This document shows positions 29,591-38,863 of a stretch of DNA of 64,000 nucleotides, piece after piece. The stretch spans positions 160,001-224,000 of the forward strand of contig OZ242358.1 of the NCBI GenBank assembly GCA_965208835.1, in the 5' to 3' direction. This DNA is from Candidatus Latescibacterota bacterium (GTDB lineage Bacteria; Latescibacterota; UBA2968; GCA-2709665). The notes under the pieces are model-generated. The model saw nothing but the letters and a program-made list of their open reading frames with translations, was not told the DNA's origin and searched no databases. Within the stretch, counting starts at the first letter, position 1. Each line of letters opens with the position of its first letter. Both the position numbers and the translations under genes were made by a program.

Positions 29591-30493
29591 ATGACCTCAC
29601 AGTCCAAGAGCGGAACCCAGCATTCGCTTTTTCCGCGTTCTCCGCGCCTGCGCCATCTGTCGGGAATCATCCTGTCCCTGTGCGCCGCGTCACTTCTGAC
29701 GAGTCCACTTGCGATCGATCAGGTTGCCGCCCGGCAGGCGTCGCCGGAGCGTCGAGGGTCATCACAGGCGGACTCGACCGCCGAGCAGGAGCCTCGACAG
29801 TATACGTTCCGCGTCATAAACACGTATCCCCACGATCACGGCGCGTTTACCCAGGGGCTTGTCTATGAGGACGGTTTCCTGTACGAGGGAACGGGGCTCT
29901 ACGGCCGGTCCTCGTTGCGCAAGGTCGTGCTGGAAACCGGCGAAGTCACGCGGATTCAGCCGCTGGAATCCCGTTATTTCGGCGAAGGGATTACGATTTT
30001 CGGCAATCGCATCATTCAATTGACCTGGGTGGCGCGGACCGGATTTGTCTACAACAGGGAGACATTCGAACGCCTGCGGTCGTTCACCTATTCATCCGAG
30101 GGGTGGGGGATCACGCACGACGGCCGGCGGTTGATCGTGAGCGACGGGACGCCGACGCTGTATTTCAGAGATTCCGACACGTTCGAGGAGGTGGGGCGGG
30201 TGGAAGTCCGGGACAATATGGGTCCGGTGACCCGGCTTAATGAACTGGAATACGTAGACGGTGAAATCTACGCCAATGTCTGGGAATCGGACCTGATAGC
30301 GAGAATCGATCCGGAGTCCGGCAGGGTGGTGGGCTGGATCGATCTGACGGGATTGATGCCCGGAAGGGAACGACTCGGTGCGGATGCCGCGCTGAACGGA
30401 ATTGCGTATGACGGGTATGGGAAGCGCCTGTTCGTGACAGGAAAACGATGGCCGAAGCTGTTCGAGATTGAAGTGGTGCCCGGAAAAGAGTGA
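29591..30493 (+). CDS. Glutaminyl-peptide cyclotransferase (bacterial/plant-type), probably secreted
   Basis: FTQGL, LYEGTGLYG, FGEGIT, EGWG, LNELE, ANVW, LNGIA, TGKRWP; hydrophobic N-terminal signal. Confidence 0.9.
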   Translation: MTSQSKSGTQHSLFPRSPRLRHLSGIILSLCAASLLTSPLAIDQVAARQASPERRGSSQADSTAEQEPRQYTFRVINTYPHDHGAFTQGLVYEDGFLYEGTGLYGRSSLRKVVLETGEVTRIQPLESRYFGEGITIFGNRIIQLTWVARTGFVYNRETFERLRSFTYSSEGWGITHDGRRLIVSDGTPTLYFRDSDTFEEVGRVEVRDNMGPVTRLNELEYVDGEIYANVWESDLIARIDPESGRVVGWIDLTGLMPGRERLGADAALNGIAYDGYGKRLFVTGKRWPKLFEIEVVPGKE

Positions 30494-30562
30494 TTCGGAA
30501 GGACAAGGCACGGGATCCCGGGGCCCTGCCCGGGGAATTGGAGGCGCGGCGCAAGCCGTGCC

Positions 30563-31951
30563 TCATTTGTTGTGGCGCCATTTGAGGAGCGTGCCGATGT
30601 CCATCAGATACGTGACGTCTGATTTGTCGCGATCCGGGCGATCCCTGAGGGATTCGATCCTCACGGTGGTGGATCGGCAGAGCCCATTGAAGACATTCGC
30701 GGGTACTTCGATACGGTTGTGGGTCTTGTAGAAGGCGTGAACGAGTTCCGACCGGGCGGGAATCATGGTCCCCGTGGGCGTGCCTGCGCCGTCGATACGA
30801 AATTCCCGGTCATATTCCCAGCCCATGCAATAGTCTCCAGTGCGCGTCTGAAGGAACGTGGCGAAATTGAGGGCCGCGCAGAGGCGGTCCCTTAGTGGAT
30901 CGGAAAAGGGATGATCGATGGGGAGGACGTCGTACAGCGAGGCGAGGCCGTTCGCGGTGATGGACTGATAGCCGATATGGAAGTTGTGACCCGGCCAGCC
31001 GCCTCGTGGCAGTTGCGCGAAGAAGACGCCGCCGCGCGTTCGCCAGATGGCCGTCTCCAGGTAACTTTCTTCTCCGGTGAACGCGTACAGCAGGGATAGA
31101 AACCAGAGCGCGAAGGCATCGTAGTTGTTGTTTCCGGTAAAGGGACAGGACGTCGTCCAGTCCGCGGCCCGTCGAACGGCGTTGAGGTATTCCTCCTCTC
31201 CGGTAACCCGAAAGCCCTCCGCAAGGGCCAGGCCCGCCCAGCCCGTATCGTAGAAGTTGTCGCGCTGGTTCATCACGCCGCCGGGAACGCCCTTGTACCA
31301 CCAGCGGAAGGCGCCGTTCTCGTCCTGCTCCGCAAGGAGATAGTCCAGGCCGCCGACGGCCAGCTTCCGGTACTGCTCGTCGCCCAGCGCTTCGTAGCCG
31401 TACAGATAACCCAGGATGACGTTCGAAGGCCAGCGGTACGCGGGTTTCTCCGCATCCGGGACCGTACCCCAGCCGCCATCCGGGTTGCGGCACGCTTCAC
31501 ACTCGGCATGCGCCGTCCGGAACGCCGCATCCAGCGTTTCGGCGTCTGTCGCGCCGAAGGCGTAGTTCGCATCGACAATGCGGTCGCGAGGCGCAACCGG
31601 AAACCCGTCGGCCAGGCGGCGGCCGGGTACGACCACGTCAAACGATTCGGTGGCGATGGCTGTGAAGTTCTGCGCCCTGGAAATGACCTGCGCCGTGATG
31701 AGATATGTTCCCGGCTGATAATCGGTTTCGAGGCCGCAGTCGAACCGGAGAACCGTGTGCCCGTCGTCCAGGTCCCGGTTGACCTCCCCGGATGCGTACC
31801 GCGTTGCGCCCAGGGGATCGTTGATCGCGAGCCGGGCCTGGACCGTCTGTTCGTCCATCCCGATCACGTGGAGGTCAATGGAGATCCGCTGGCCGGGAAC
31901 GAAGCCGAAGCTCTTGTCGGGAATGGAAATGACGAGACAGGGGTCCGGCAT
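30563..31951 (-). CDS. Beta-rich N-domain + (alpha/alpha) toroid protein with QW-like repeats
   Basis: Recurring QxxxGxW-like motifs (RNPDGGW, EQDENGAF, AQLPRGGW, LQTRTGDY); function unknown. Confidence 0.65.
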   Translation of the reverse strand: MPDPCLVISIPDKSFGFVPGQRISIDLHVIGMDEQTVQARLAINDPLGATRYASGEVNRDLDDGHTVLRFDCGLETDYQPGTYLITAQVISRAQNFTAIATESFDVVVPGRRLADGFPVAPRDRIVDANYAFGATDAETLDAAFRTAHAECEACRNPDGGWGTVPDAEKPAYRWPSNVILGYLYGYEALGDEQYRKLAVGGLDYLLAEQDENGAFRWWYKGVPGGVMNQRDNFYDTGWAGLALAEGFRVTGEEEYLNAVRRAADWTTSCPFTGNNNYDAFALWFLSLLYAFTGEESYLETAIWRTRGGVFFAQLPRGGWPGHNFHIGYQSITANGLASLYDVLPIDHPFSDPLRDRLCAALNFATFLQTRTGDYCMGWEYDREFRIDGAGTPTGTMIPARSELVHAFYKTHNRIEVPANVFNGLCRSTTVRIESLRDRPDRDKSDVTYLMDIGTLLKWRHNK

Positions 31952-32014
31952 CTCGCAGAGTCCTTTTCGCGGGCAGGGAAGTCGTCGCCCCGCAGACGCT
32001 TCAACGGGTCCCGG

Positions 32015-33706
32015 CTATCGTGTTGCAGGGATAACAGGCAGGACGATATGGGACGGATATTGTCTCGAGTGATGGACGGCCTGATGAGCCTGCCGCATTT
32101 CGGTCTCGCTACCCAGGGAGCCGCCCGTGTTCAGATTACGGTCGAACCGGGGGAAGTTCGACGACGAAATTTCGAGGCGGACACGATGGCCCTTCTTGAA
32201 GACGTTTCCCGTGACACCCAGGTCGATTTCACAGGCGTACACGTTGCCGGGTTCGAGCAAAGACGGGCGGGTAAAGCCCTCTCGAAAACGGGCCCTCAGG
32301 ATGCCGTCGCAGAGGTTCATGGCGTACCCCGATGGTGACACGTCCACCAGCTTGGCGGTCCAGTCCGTGTCCGTACAGTCTGTCGCGGCGTAGAGGACGA
32401 CCTTGACGGGACCGGTGACTTCCAGGTCTGTCTCCATTGGGTCGCTGGTATAGCAGAGCACGTCGCTCCGCATTTCCACCGGGCGCTGGTCCTGCGGACC
32501 CCAGGGGACGATATGGGGTGAGCAGCAGTTGTTTCCGCCCATGGTCGGCGCCGGGTATCGCGGATCGTAGGTGTAGTGATCGGGGTGTTCCTCGCGCGGC
32601 GGATCCGTCGAGAGGCAGCCGTCGCCGAGCAGCGTGTTGGCCCGGCCGGCCGAATGCAGATGCCATTTCTCCCACCGGGTCCGGGCCAGCGGCCACTCGT
32701 TTTCGTCCCGCCACCGGTTGACCCCCATGATGAAGAGACTCAGCGGCGGTTCGTCTACCACGCCGTTGTCGATGCCTTTGAGCCAGTAGTCGAACCAGCG
32801 CTGTTCGAGGCTTTCCAGATCTACCATGGAAGGCGCCCCGAAGTCCACGTCGCCGGTCTTTGGCGACGCGCTGAGGGCGTGCGGCCACGGACCCACGATG
32901 AGTTTGCTTTTCTTCGCTTCTTCCGAGCCGCCATTGTGACGAAGGCCGTTGTAGTTGCTGAAAGTCTGGGCGGCGTAGAGGTCGTACCAGCCGCCCATGT
33001 TGAACGCGGGCGCAATCATATCGGCCCAGCGGGTCTCGTCGTTGAATTCCTCCCAGTAATCGTCGTAGGCGTCGTGTTCGACCCAGTCTTTCCAGAAGTC
33101 GACGTCGCGGCCAGCGTTTTCGTCCATTTTGTTGACAGGCAGCGCCCGGAAGGCTTCGGTCCAGTTGTGAAACTCGATGGTCTGGCCGGTGCGGGCGTTG
33201 GTACGCATGCCCCAGGTGAGCATGACGTTGAGCTGGAATGCGCCGCCGGGGTGGACGAGTCCGGTGTAATAGTCGGCGCAGATGACCCGCGGCGTCATAC
33301 ACTTGAGAAAACGGCTGCCGTACGGCGCGCTGCGCCACTGAACAGCACCGCCGTAGGAACTTCCGGCCATGCCTATCCTGCCGCTGCACCACTCCCGGTT
33401 CCCGATCCACTCCTGAGTGTCGTACCCGTCTTCACCTTCACGAAACGCGTAATAGGTGCCTTCGGAGTCCCAGCGTCCGCGGCAGTCCTGAAGAACGCAT
33501 GCGTATCCGTTATTGGCCAGCCGCCTGGCTTTTTCGACCATCCCGTCGGCGTTATTGCTGTACGGCGTGCGCATCAGGACCGTGGGGAATGTTCCGTGGG
33601 CGCGCGGCAGGTAGATGTCCGCCGAGAGGTTGATCCCGTCGCGCATCGGGACCTTTACGTCCAGTTGCATGTCTACGTCGTAGTTGGGCAGCATTGAATT
33701 CTCCAT
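32015..33706 (-). CDS. CocE/NonD family serine hydrolase
   Basis: MRDGINL, RTPY, DCRGRWDSEG, GSSYGG, GGWYD, GPWPH, SSNFPRFDRN. Confidence 0.95.
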   Translation of the reverse strand: MENSMLPNYDVDMQLDVKVPMRDGINLSADIYLPRAHGTFPTVLMRTPYSNNADGMVEKARRLANNGYACVLQDCRGRWDSEGTYYAFREGEDGYDTQEWIGNREWCSGRIGMAGSSYGGAVQWRSAPYGSRFLKCMTPRVICADYYTGLVHPGGAFQLNVMLTWGMRTNARTGQTIEFHNWTEAFRALPVNKMDENAGRDVDFWKDWVEHDAYDDYWEEFNDETRWADMIAPAFNMGGWYDLYAAQTFSNYNGLRHNGGSEEAKKSKLIVGPWPHALSASPKTGDVDFGAPSMVDLESLEQRWFDYWLKGIDNGVVDEPPLSLFIMGVNRWRDENEWPLARTRWEKWHLHSAGRANTLLGDGCLSTDPPREEHPDHYTYDPRYPAPTMGGNNCCSPHIVPWGPQDQRPVEMRSDVLCYTSDPMETDLEVTGPVKVVLYAATDCTDTDWTAKLVDVSPSGYAMNLCDGILRARFREGFTRPSLLEPGNVYACEIDLGVTGNVFKKGHRVRLEISSSNFPRFDRNLNTGGSLGSETEMRQAHQAVHHSRQYPSHIVLPVIPATR

Positions 33707-33789
33707 ACGAAGGGGTTACCAGCTTACATTTCCCTGAATCCTGGATGCCGATCTACAAGCTATACCAGTTCGGAAACAACCGACTGCAT

Positions 33790-34392
33790 CTATTGGCCGG
33801 TCGTTCGAGTTTGGTGTCTCCATTCCTGAAGCTTGTTGCGCATCGCTTCGACAAATCGCTGAAATGAGCGGTCCAATCGTGCTGCACGGTTGATGTTCAT
33901 GTGCTGGACGATGTCTTCAGCGTATTCGATACCCCCAAGTCTGGGTGTCGTACCCGCGTCACGAATGGCTTCAATCAAGCGCTGCTTATATCGTCTTCGA
34001 TCACATTTCTGATCGGGAGCATCACACCCCATTCCAAATACTGCTTTGAAGGCCGAACCGTCGAGCAAAAGCCAACGCTCGACGTGCGGATCCGGAATGG
34101 CATGAATCATGGGTGCAAGTTCTTCTCGGCCAGCGATCTCCCGCATTCGCTCGTTAAGTCCTCGGCAATTGGCGTCTGTCGCGACGACGATCAGATCGGG
34201 TCGCGGATCTCCTTGCCGCTCAAGGTCACGCATATAATTGTTGACTTCTGTTATGACTTTCCCGTAGCCACCTACCGCGCTCCGCCAATTCAGATGTACA
34301 TCGATTCGATATTCGTTGGCGACCCGCCTGATGAGGGCGTCTATGACAAGTTGATGTGCATAGTCCTCGGCAAAAAGCGCGATTTCACGCAT
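33790..34392 (-). CDS. TOPRIM-like (DUF4276-type) partner of ABC ATPase
   Basis: LFAED, IVVATDAN, PHVERWLL, SFQRF; start overlaps the ATPase stop. Confidence 0.65.
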   Translation of the reverse strand: MREIALFAEDYAHQLVIDALIRRVANEYRIDVHLNWRSAVGGYGKVITEVNNYMRDLERQGDPRPDLIVVATDANCRGLNERMREIAGREELAPMIHAIPDPHVERWLLLDGSAFKAVFGMGCDAPDQKCDRRRYKQRLIEAIRDAGTTPRLGGIEYAEDIVQHMNINRAARLDRSFQRFVEAMRNKLQEWRHQTRTTGQ

Positions 34393-35695
34393 CGAAATCG
34401 CCCCTTAATATGCGAGTAGAAACTGGGAGTCCGTGTTCATCGTTGGACAGCGCTTGTCCAATATCATCGCGTCGCGCCAGTGGCCCCCACGTTGAAAACG
34501 GATCGATATGGGTTTGTCCATTACGCCTGCAGACCGCAAACAGGGAGTCGTCTTCGAGCAAGTCGGGGAGGATCGGTGAGTGAGTCGTAATGATATGTTG
34601 AGTCTGGTTCAGGACCTCCTGTGTCTTAAGCAATTCTGCGATTAACTGGATACGGCGGGGGTGAATGCCGTTCTCAGGCTCTTCGAATCCAACCAATGCA
34701 GGACGGTCCTCAACGCCTGTCAGGGCAAGGAGTCCGAGCATCCGCAGGGTGCCTTCCGAGAGCACGCGAGCCGGAATTGCGACACCCCCTTCCTTCAGTC
34801 TAAGTTCCACCTCGCCGAGATCGCTCACCTCCACTTCAATTCCGTCGATGTTGGGCATCAGCGCGCGTAGAGCTTTTTCGACGCCATTGAATTGCCTGGC
34901 ATCGGTTGCCTTCATTGTATTCAGAAAGGCAGCGAGTTCTTCGCCCATCAAGCCGATATGTCGTACCTCTTTTACAGGACTCGCAGCCCTCATACGTTCA
35001 CGAGGTTCGAAGTAAAAGAACAGCCAACTCTCCAACTCCCGCCGCGCCGCCGCCAGGTGCGGATAGTGAGGCGGATAGTGCGGCATCGAAAGAACGCTGT
35101 GGTCAAGGTACCGATCGTAATACGTGGGATGCGCCTGTCCCTCCAGGCGCAGATGTATCTTCTGATCCTGGCGTTCGATAAACGGCTTTCGTTTGCGGGT
35201 CGGCTGCCCATTAGCGTTCAGTGCAGTCAGGTATTCATCGGCGACGCGCAGAACACCTGATTTTGGCAGCATCTCTATTTCGATGCGGTAACGCAGGTAA
35301 GTTTCGCGTACGCGGGCCGGGATCTTGTCCACGGATTTTGGATCGCCTTCGACACCTGGGCGCCGCATTTCCAGAATCTGGCGATTCACCGACTCGACGA
35401 CTGCGTCAGACAGACAAAGGTCGGCTTCGATCGAGAACGATAATCTTTCCTGTTTGAGCAGACCCTTGATGCCGTTTATTCCGAAGGTGAAGGACTCGAG
35501 CGGTTTCCCTCGATAGGGAGGATCGAACGCTTCCTTGACCGTCCGGCTGGTCCCCAGCTTCGACAGCAACTGCAAGGCGTCGAGCAAGTTGCTCTTGCCG
35601 GCGGCGTTTGGTCCGAACAGCACGACCAGCTGTGACAGGGACACTTCCACGTCGTCAAGAGACTTATATCCTCGGATCCGTATTCGCTTCAGCAT
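34385..35695 (-). CDS. Soluble ABC-type (AAA_21/SMC-like) ATPase
   Basis: GYKSL, GPNAAGKSN, LSEGTLR, FEEPENGIHP, TTHSP; no TM segments. Confidence 0.9.
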   Translation of the reverse strand: MLKRIRIRGYKSLDDVEVSLSQLVVLFGPNAAGKSNLLDALQLLSKLGTSRTVKEAFDPPYRGKPLESFTFGINGIKGLLKQERLSFSIEADLCLSDAVVESVNRQILEMRRPGVEGDPKSVDKIPARVRETYLRYRIEIEMLPKSGVLRVADEYLTALNANGQPTRKRKPFIERQDQKIHLRLEGQAHPTYYDRYLDHSVLSMPHYPPHYPHLAAARRELESWLFFYFEPRERMRAASPVKEVRHIGLMGEELAAFLNTMKATDARQFNGVEKALRALMPNIDGIEVEVSDLGEVELRLKEGGVAIPARVLSEGTLRMLGLLALTGVEDRPALVGFEEPENGIHPRRIQLIAELLKTQEVLNQTQHIITTHSPILPDLLEDDSLFAVCRRNGQTHIDPFSTWGPLARRDDIGQALSNDEHGLPVSTRILRGDFDA

Positions 35696-35830
35696 TTCGG
35701 ATTCTCCAGGGCATCAAATGGAAACGCTCATCACAAGCTTTAATTGAAGATTGTCCTGGCGATGATCGATGACATCAAACCTGTCCAAAATCGTCTTTCC
35801 AACCGCTATCACGACAGGATCCACTTGTAA

Positions 35831-35982
35831 CCGGAGCGAGGGCATCCTGCCCTCGAACTTCCCGTCACTTTCTTCAATTCGCGTCGAGGGACTGACGCGT
35901 CCATTAAATCCGATAGGGGTTCGCGGAAAACACCGTGTGCGACGAGTTATCCGCCGTCGAGGGCAGGATGCCCTCGCTCCGG
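35831..35982. repeat. Inverted pair of REP-like palindromes (REPIN-like)
   Basis: CCGGAGCGAGGGCATCCTGCCCTCGA (35831-35856) and its exact reverse complement (35957-35982). Confidence 0.85.
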
Positions 35983-36055
35983 GGAACGCCAACCACACCG
36001 GTCCCAAATCGGTACTTGTCCTGGACAGCAGTGATACTGTGGCGCGATAGAACGA

Positions 36056-38380
36056 CTAAACCAGCACCGGGCCATTCGTGTCGGACCAGTCCATCCTGAT
36101 CCGATCCACCTCACCGTCGGGATGGACAATTCGCACGTTCCAGACGTCGCCGCGGCGGGTGATCCTCGACGTGACGCCCGCGCTGACGCCGTCCGTGAAG
36201 GGCACGAGGGCGTAGCCTGTACGGAAGGGCAGCGACGTCCGTTTCCTGTAGATGACGACGGGCGCGGGAACGTCCTGCTCGCTGATGGCAAGCCATCCCT
36301 GTACCGGATCGTTCCGGCCGCAGACGATGCGGGGCGTCATTCTGACGAGGGGGAGGACTTCCAGGTTTGGCGGATGCATGCGCCCGGTCCGGACGGCGCG
36401 GCTCTCCGGATCGATCAACACGCGGTAGGGCATGAAGTGGAAGAGCGCCTCGTAAGTGCGGCGGCCTTCGCCCGTGAGTTCGTCGAAGATGAGAAAGTAA
36501 TCCGGCTTGACGAACATGACGATCCGGCGGTGAGAGACGGACGCGTCCAACCCGGCATACCCGGCGTCGTACGTGGCGATGGCCACATCGGAGCGCTCGT
36601 CGGAGCGCCAGACCGTTTTGTCGCGGGCGGATTCAACCCATTCCGCGACGGTGCGTGCCCCGCGGTTCTGCCCGCAGCCGTCCACCAGGACCGTGTTGTG
36701 CGCTTCGGTTGTCTTATAGAACGAGGTCCATGCGTTCGGATAGTACGAGGCGATTCCGGGGTCCACGATGAAGGGCAGACCGTGGGCGTGGAGGTCGAAA
36801 GAGAGCATATCTTCGTGCTGGTGGAATCGGCCGTACGGACCTCCTTCGAACAGGAGGTAGCGGGCGTCGCGGTCCCATCCGCTGCGCATCACGAAGTACC
36901 CGGAGTCCCGGTGGGCGATGGATGTATATTCCGGCGGGCTGCCTTCTTCTCCCTCGGTGCCGATCCAGGTGGCGGATTCGCTTTCGAGAATGTCGCCCGG
37001 TCCCGCGAGCCCGCCGCCGAATTTTCCGTCCAGGCTGCCGGCGTCGGAAACGGAGGGATAGGTGAAATCGGGCCGGTTGACGGAGACGCACCAGTCGTAC
37101 ATGCGCCGGATGCCCGCTTCCAGCTCAGGATCCAGGGACCGGCCGAACTTTCCTGCCACTTTATGTGCATCCAGGAACCAGGATGCGATCGAGATCTGAT
37201 AACCCGGCGTGAGTTCGTAGGATGCGCCATCCGGAAAGACCTGGATCTCCATGTCGTCGATGAGCCGCTGGCTGGCGGCCTCGTACCAGGCTTCGGCGTC
37301 CTTGAATTCGGGAAAGGAGCAGGCCGTGGCGAGCAGAGACCTGCCTTCCGATATGGTTTTGTTGGAGGGCGGGAAGGACTCGAATTTCAGGAGGTAGACG
37401 GTATGTTCGTAGATGGATTTGAGCAGGTCCACGATGGTCCTGTCTTCTGTTTCAGGGCAGTCGCAGAGTTCGGTGAACGCGTCGACCAGCGTGTTGAACG
37501 CCCGCATGCTCACGATCAGCGAATGCCCCCAGGCCAGGCCGCCCGCGCGGACGCCGAAGGGAACAGGCGTTTTGCGCATCCAGTCGCACAGGATGGACTC
37601 GATGCCTTTCGCGTATTTGGGGTCCCGGGTCTTTGCCCAGGCGCGTTCGAGGGCCTTGAAATAGTAGAACGCATGGATGATGATGGACCACTCGATATAT
37701 CCGTAAGGGTTTGCGTCCCAGTCCACGCCGTCGGGCCAGTGGTGGTCCATGATGTAACCGGCGAGGATACGGTCCGCCTCTTCGATATTTGCATCGGACC
37801 CCGGATCGGATGTCGTGTGCCGCCTGTTGTACGTGCTGGAACGGAAATGCGACGCGATCGCGGAAAGCCGGGCTTCGGTGTCGGTTGCCCGCGCCGCGGC
37901 TTCGAGCCCCGGATGGTTCAGATCAATGGCAGCGATGAGGGCGTCGTCCGTCATTCGTGGCCCCGTGACGATGCGGCGCTGGACCAGGCGGATATTCCGG
38001 ACGCGGCTTCCGGGCGGAACGTGGATTTCGCCCGAGGACATATCGCCCCACCCCGCCGTCGGGATTCCGGCGGTATAAAAACACTCCGCGGGGAACCGGA
38101 ACTCGCGCCAGCCCCGCCAGATGTTGCCGCCGCGGGGGGAGACGATGGCGTTGAACCAATAGCCGTCGTCCTGGCTCATCCCTTCGGTACGATGCCCCGA
38201 AGTGAGTGTGCATCGGATCTGGTCGTCCACACCTTCCGGCAGGAAGATTTCGGCGCGGATTTCGTTGGCCAGACCCCAGTCGCCGACATTCACCGGCAGA
38301 CTGGCGCGTTCACCCTGCTCGGCGGTTGAGAGCGTCCATTCTGAGACAATTGCGTCGTCTTCGAACATGGTCAGGTCCAT
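36056..38380 (-). CDS. Heparinase II/III family polysaccharide lyase
   Basis: QVFPDGASYEL..Y, SGYFVMRSGW, HQHEDML, FIVDPG..Y, TEAHNTV; RBS AAGGAGG. Confidence 0.88.
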   Translation of the reverse strand: MDLTMFEDDAIVSEWTLSTAEQGERASLPVNVGDWGLANEIRAEIFLPEGVDDQIRCTLTSGHRTEGMSQDDGYWFNAIVSPRGGNIWRGWREFRFPAECFYTAGIPTAGWGDMSSGEIHVPPGSRVRNIRLVQRRIVTGPRMTDDALIAAIDLNHPGLEAAARATDTEARLSAIASHFRSSTYNRRHTTSDPGSDANIEEADRILAGYIMDHHWPDGVDWDANPYGYIEWSIIIHAFYYFKALERAWAKTRDPKYAKGIESILCDWMRKTPVPFGVRAGGLAWGHSLIVSMRAFNTLVDAFTELCDCPETEDRTIVDLLKSIYEHTVYLLKFESFPPSNKTISEGRSLLATACSFPEFKDAEAWYEAASQRLIDDMEIQVFPDGASYELTPGYQISIASWFLDAHKVAGKFGRSLDPELEAGIRRMYDWCVSVNRPDFTYPSVSDAGSLDGKFGGGLAGPGDILESESATWIGTEGEEGSPPEYTSIAHRDSGYFVMRSGWDRDARYLLFEGGPYGRFHQHEDMLSFDLHAHGLPFIVDPGIASYYPNAWTSFYKTTEAHNTVLVDGCGQNRGARTVAEWVESARDKTVWRSDERSDVAIATYDAGYAGLDASVSHRRIVMFVKPDYFLIFDELTGEGRRTYEALFHFMPYRVLIDPESRAVRTGRMHPPNLEVLPLVRMTPRIVCGRNDPVQGWLAISEQDVPAPVVIYRKRTSLPFRTGYALVPFTDGVSAGVTSRITRRGDVWNVRIVHPDGEVDRIRMDWSDTNGPVLV

Positions 38381-38699
38381 GTCGCCTCCTTTCGATTAGG
38401 GCAATTTACGAAATGGGGAATGGGGGTTCAAGAATCATCGCGCATGCCGTCGAGAGCCGCCTTCCTGTATTGTCGCCGACCGCTTTAGCGCTTGCGGAAT
38501 ATGCGGCCCCTGTATTTCTTATCGAAACCCCCAGCACCACTCGCGAACAGGAAACCACACTGTATTCCAGCAGCAGGCCTTTCGAGAGGACTACCAGAGC
38601 AGGGCGCGTGAATCCGTCTAACTAACGGCACCGACTTTACTTCATAAGCTGGCAGGCCGAAGGATACGGTGCATCCTGTTGGGTAATTCGCGCCATGCA

Positions 38700-38850
38700 T
38701 AAGGCAGGCCCCGCGCCCAGCGGCGACTTTTGGTTCCTTTTGGTCGCTTCAAAAGGAACACGCCGTAGGCAGGGAATTTGGGGAGATGTGGATTTTGATT
38801 TTGACTCTTGTTTTTTCGTCTTTAGCTGAGGGCTGATAGCTGACAGCTGT
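38700..38850. repeat. Palindromic and short-unit repeat cluster in intergenic region
   Basis: GTTCCTTTTG...CAAAAGGAAC hairpin, GATTTTGATTTTGA, GCTGAGG-GCTGATA-GCTGACA heptamers. Confidence 0.55.
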
Positions 38851-38863
38851 TTCTGGAGCGCTG

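Noticed and set aside
36122-38329. 735-aa plus-strand ORF antisense to the heparinase gene (likewise 7050-8303, 8789-10372, 10445-11983 and many others)
   Set aside because: Shadow ORFs typical of high-GC coding DNA; no motifs, and the opposite strand encodes a recognisable protein
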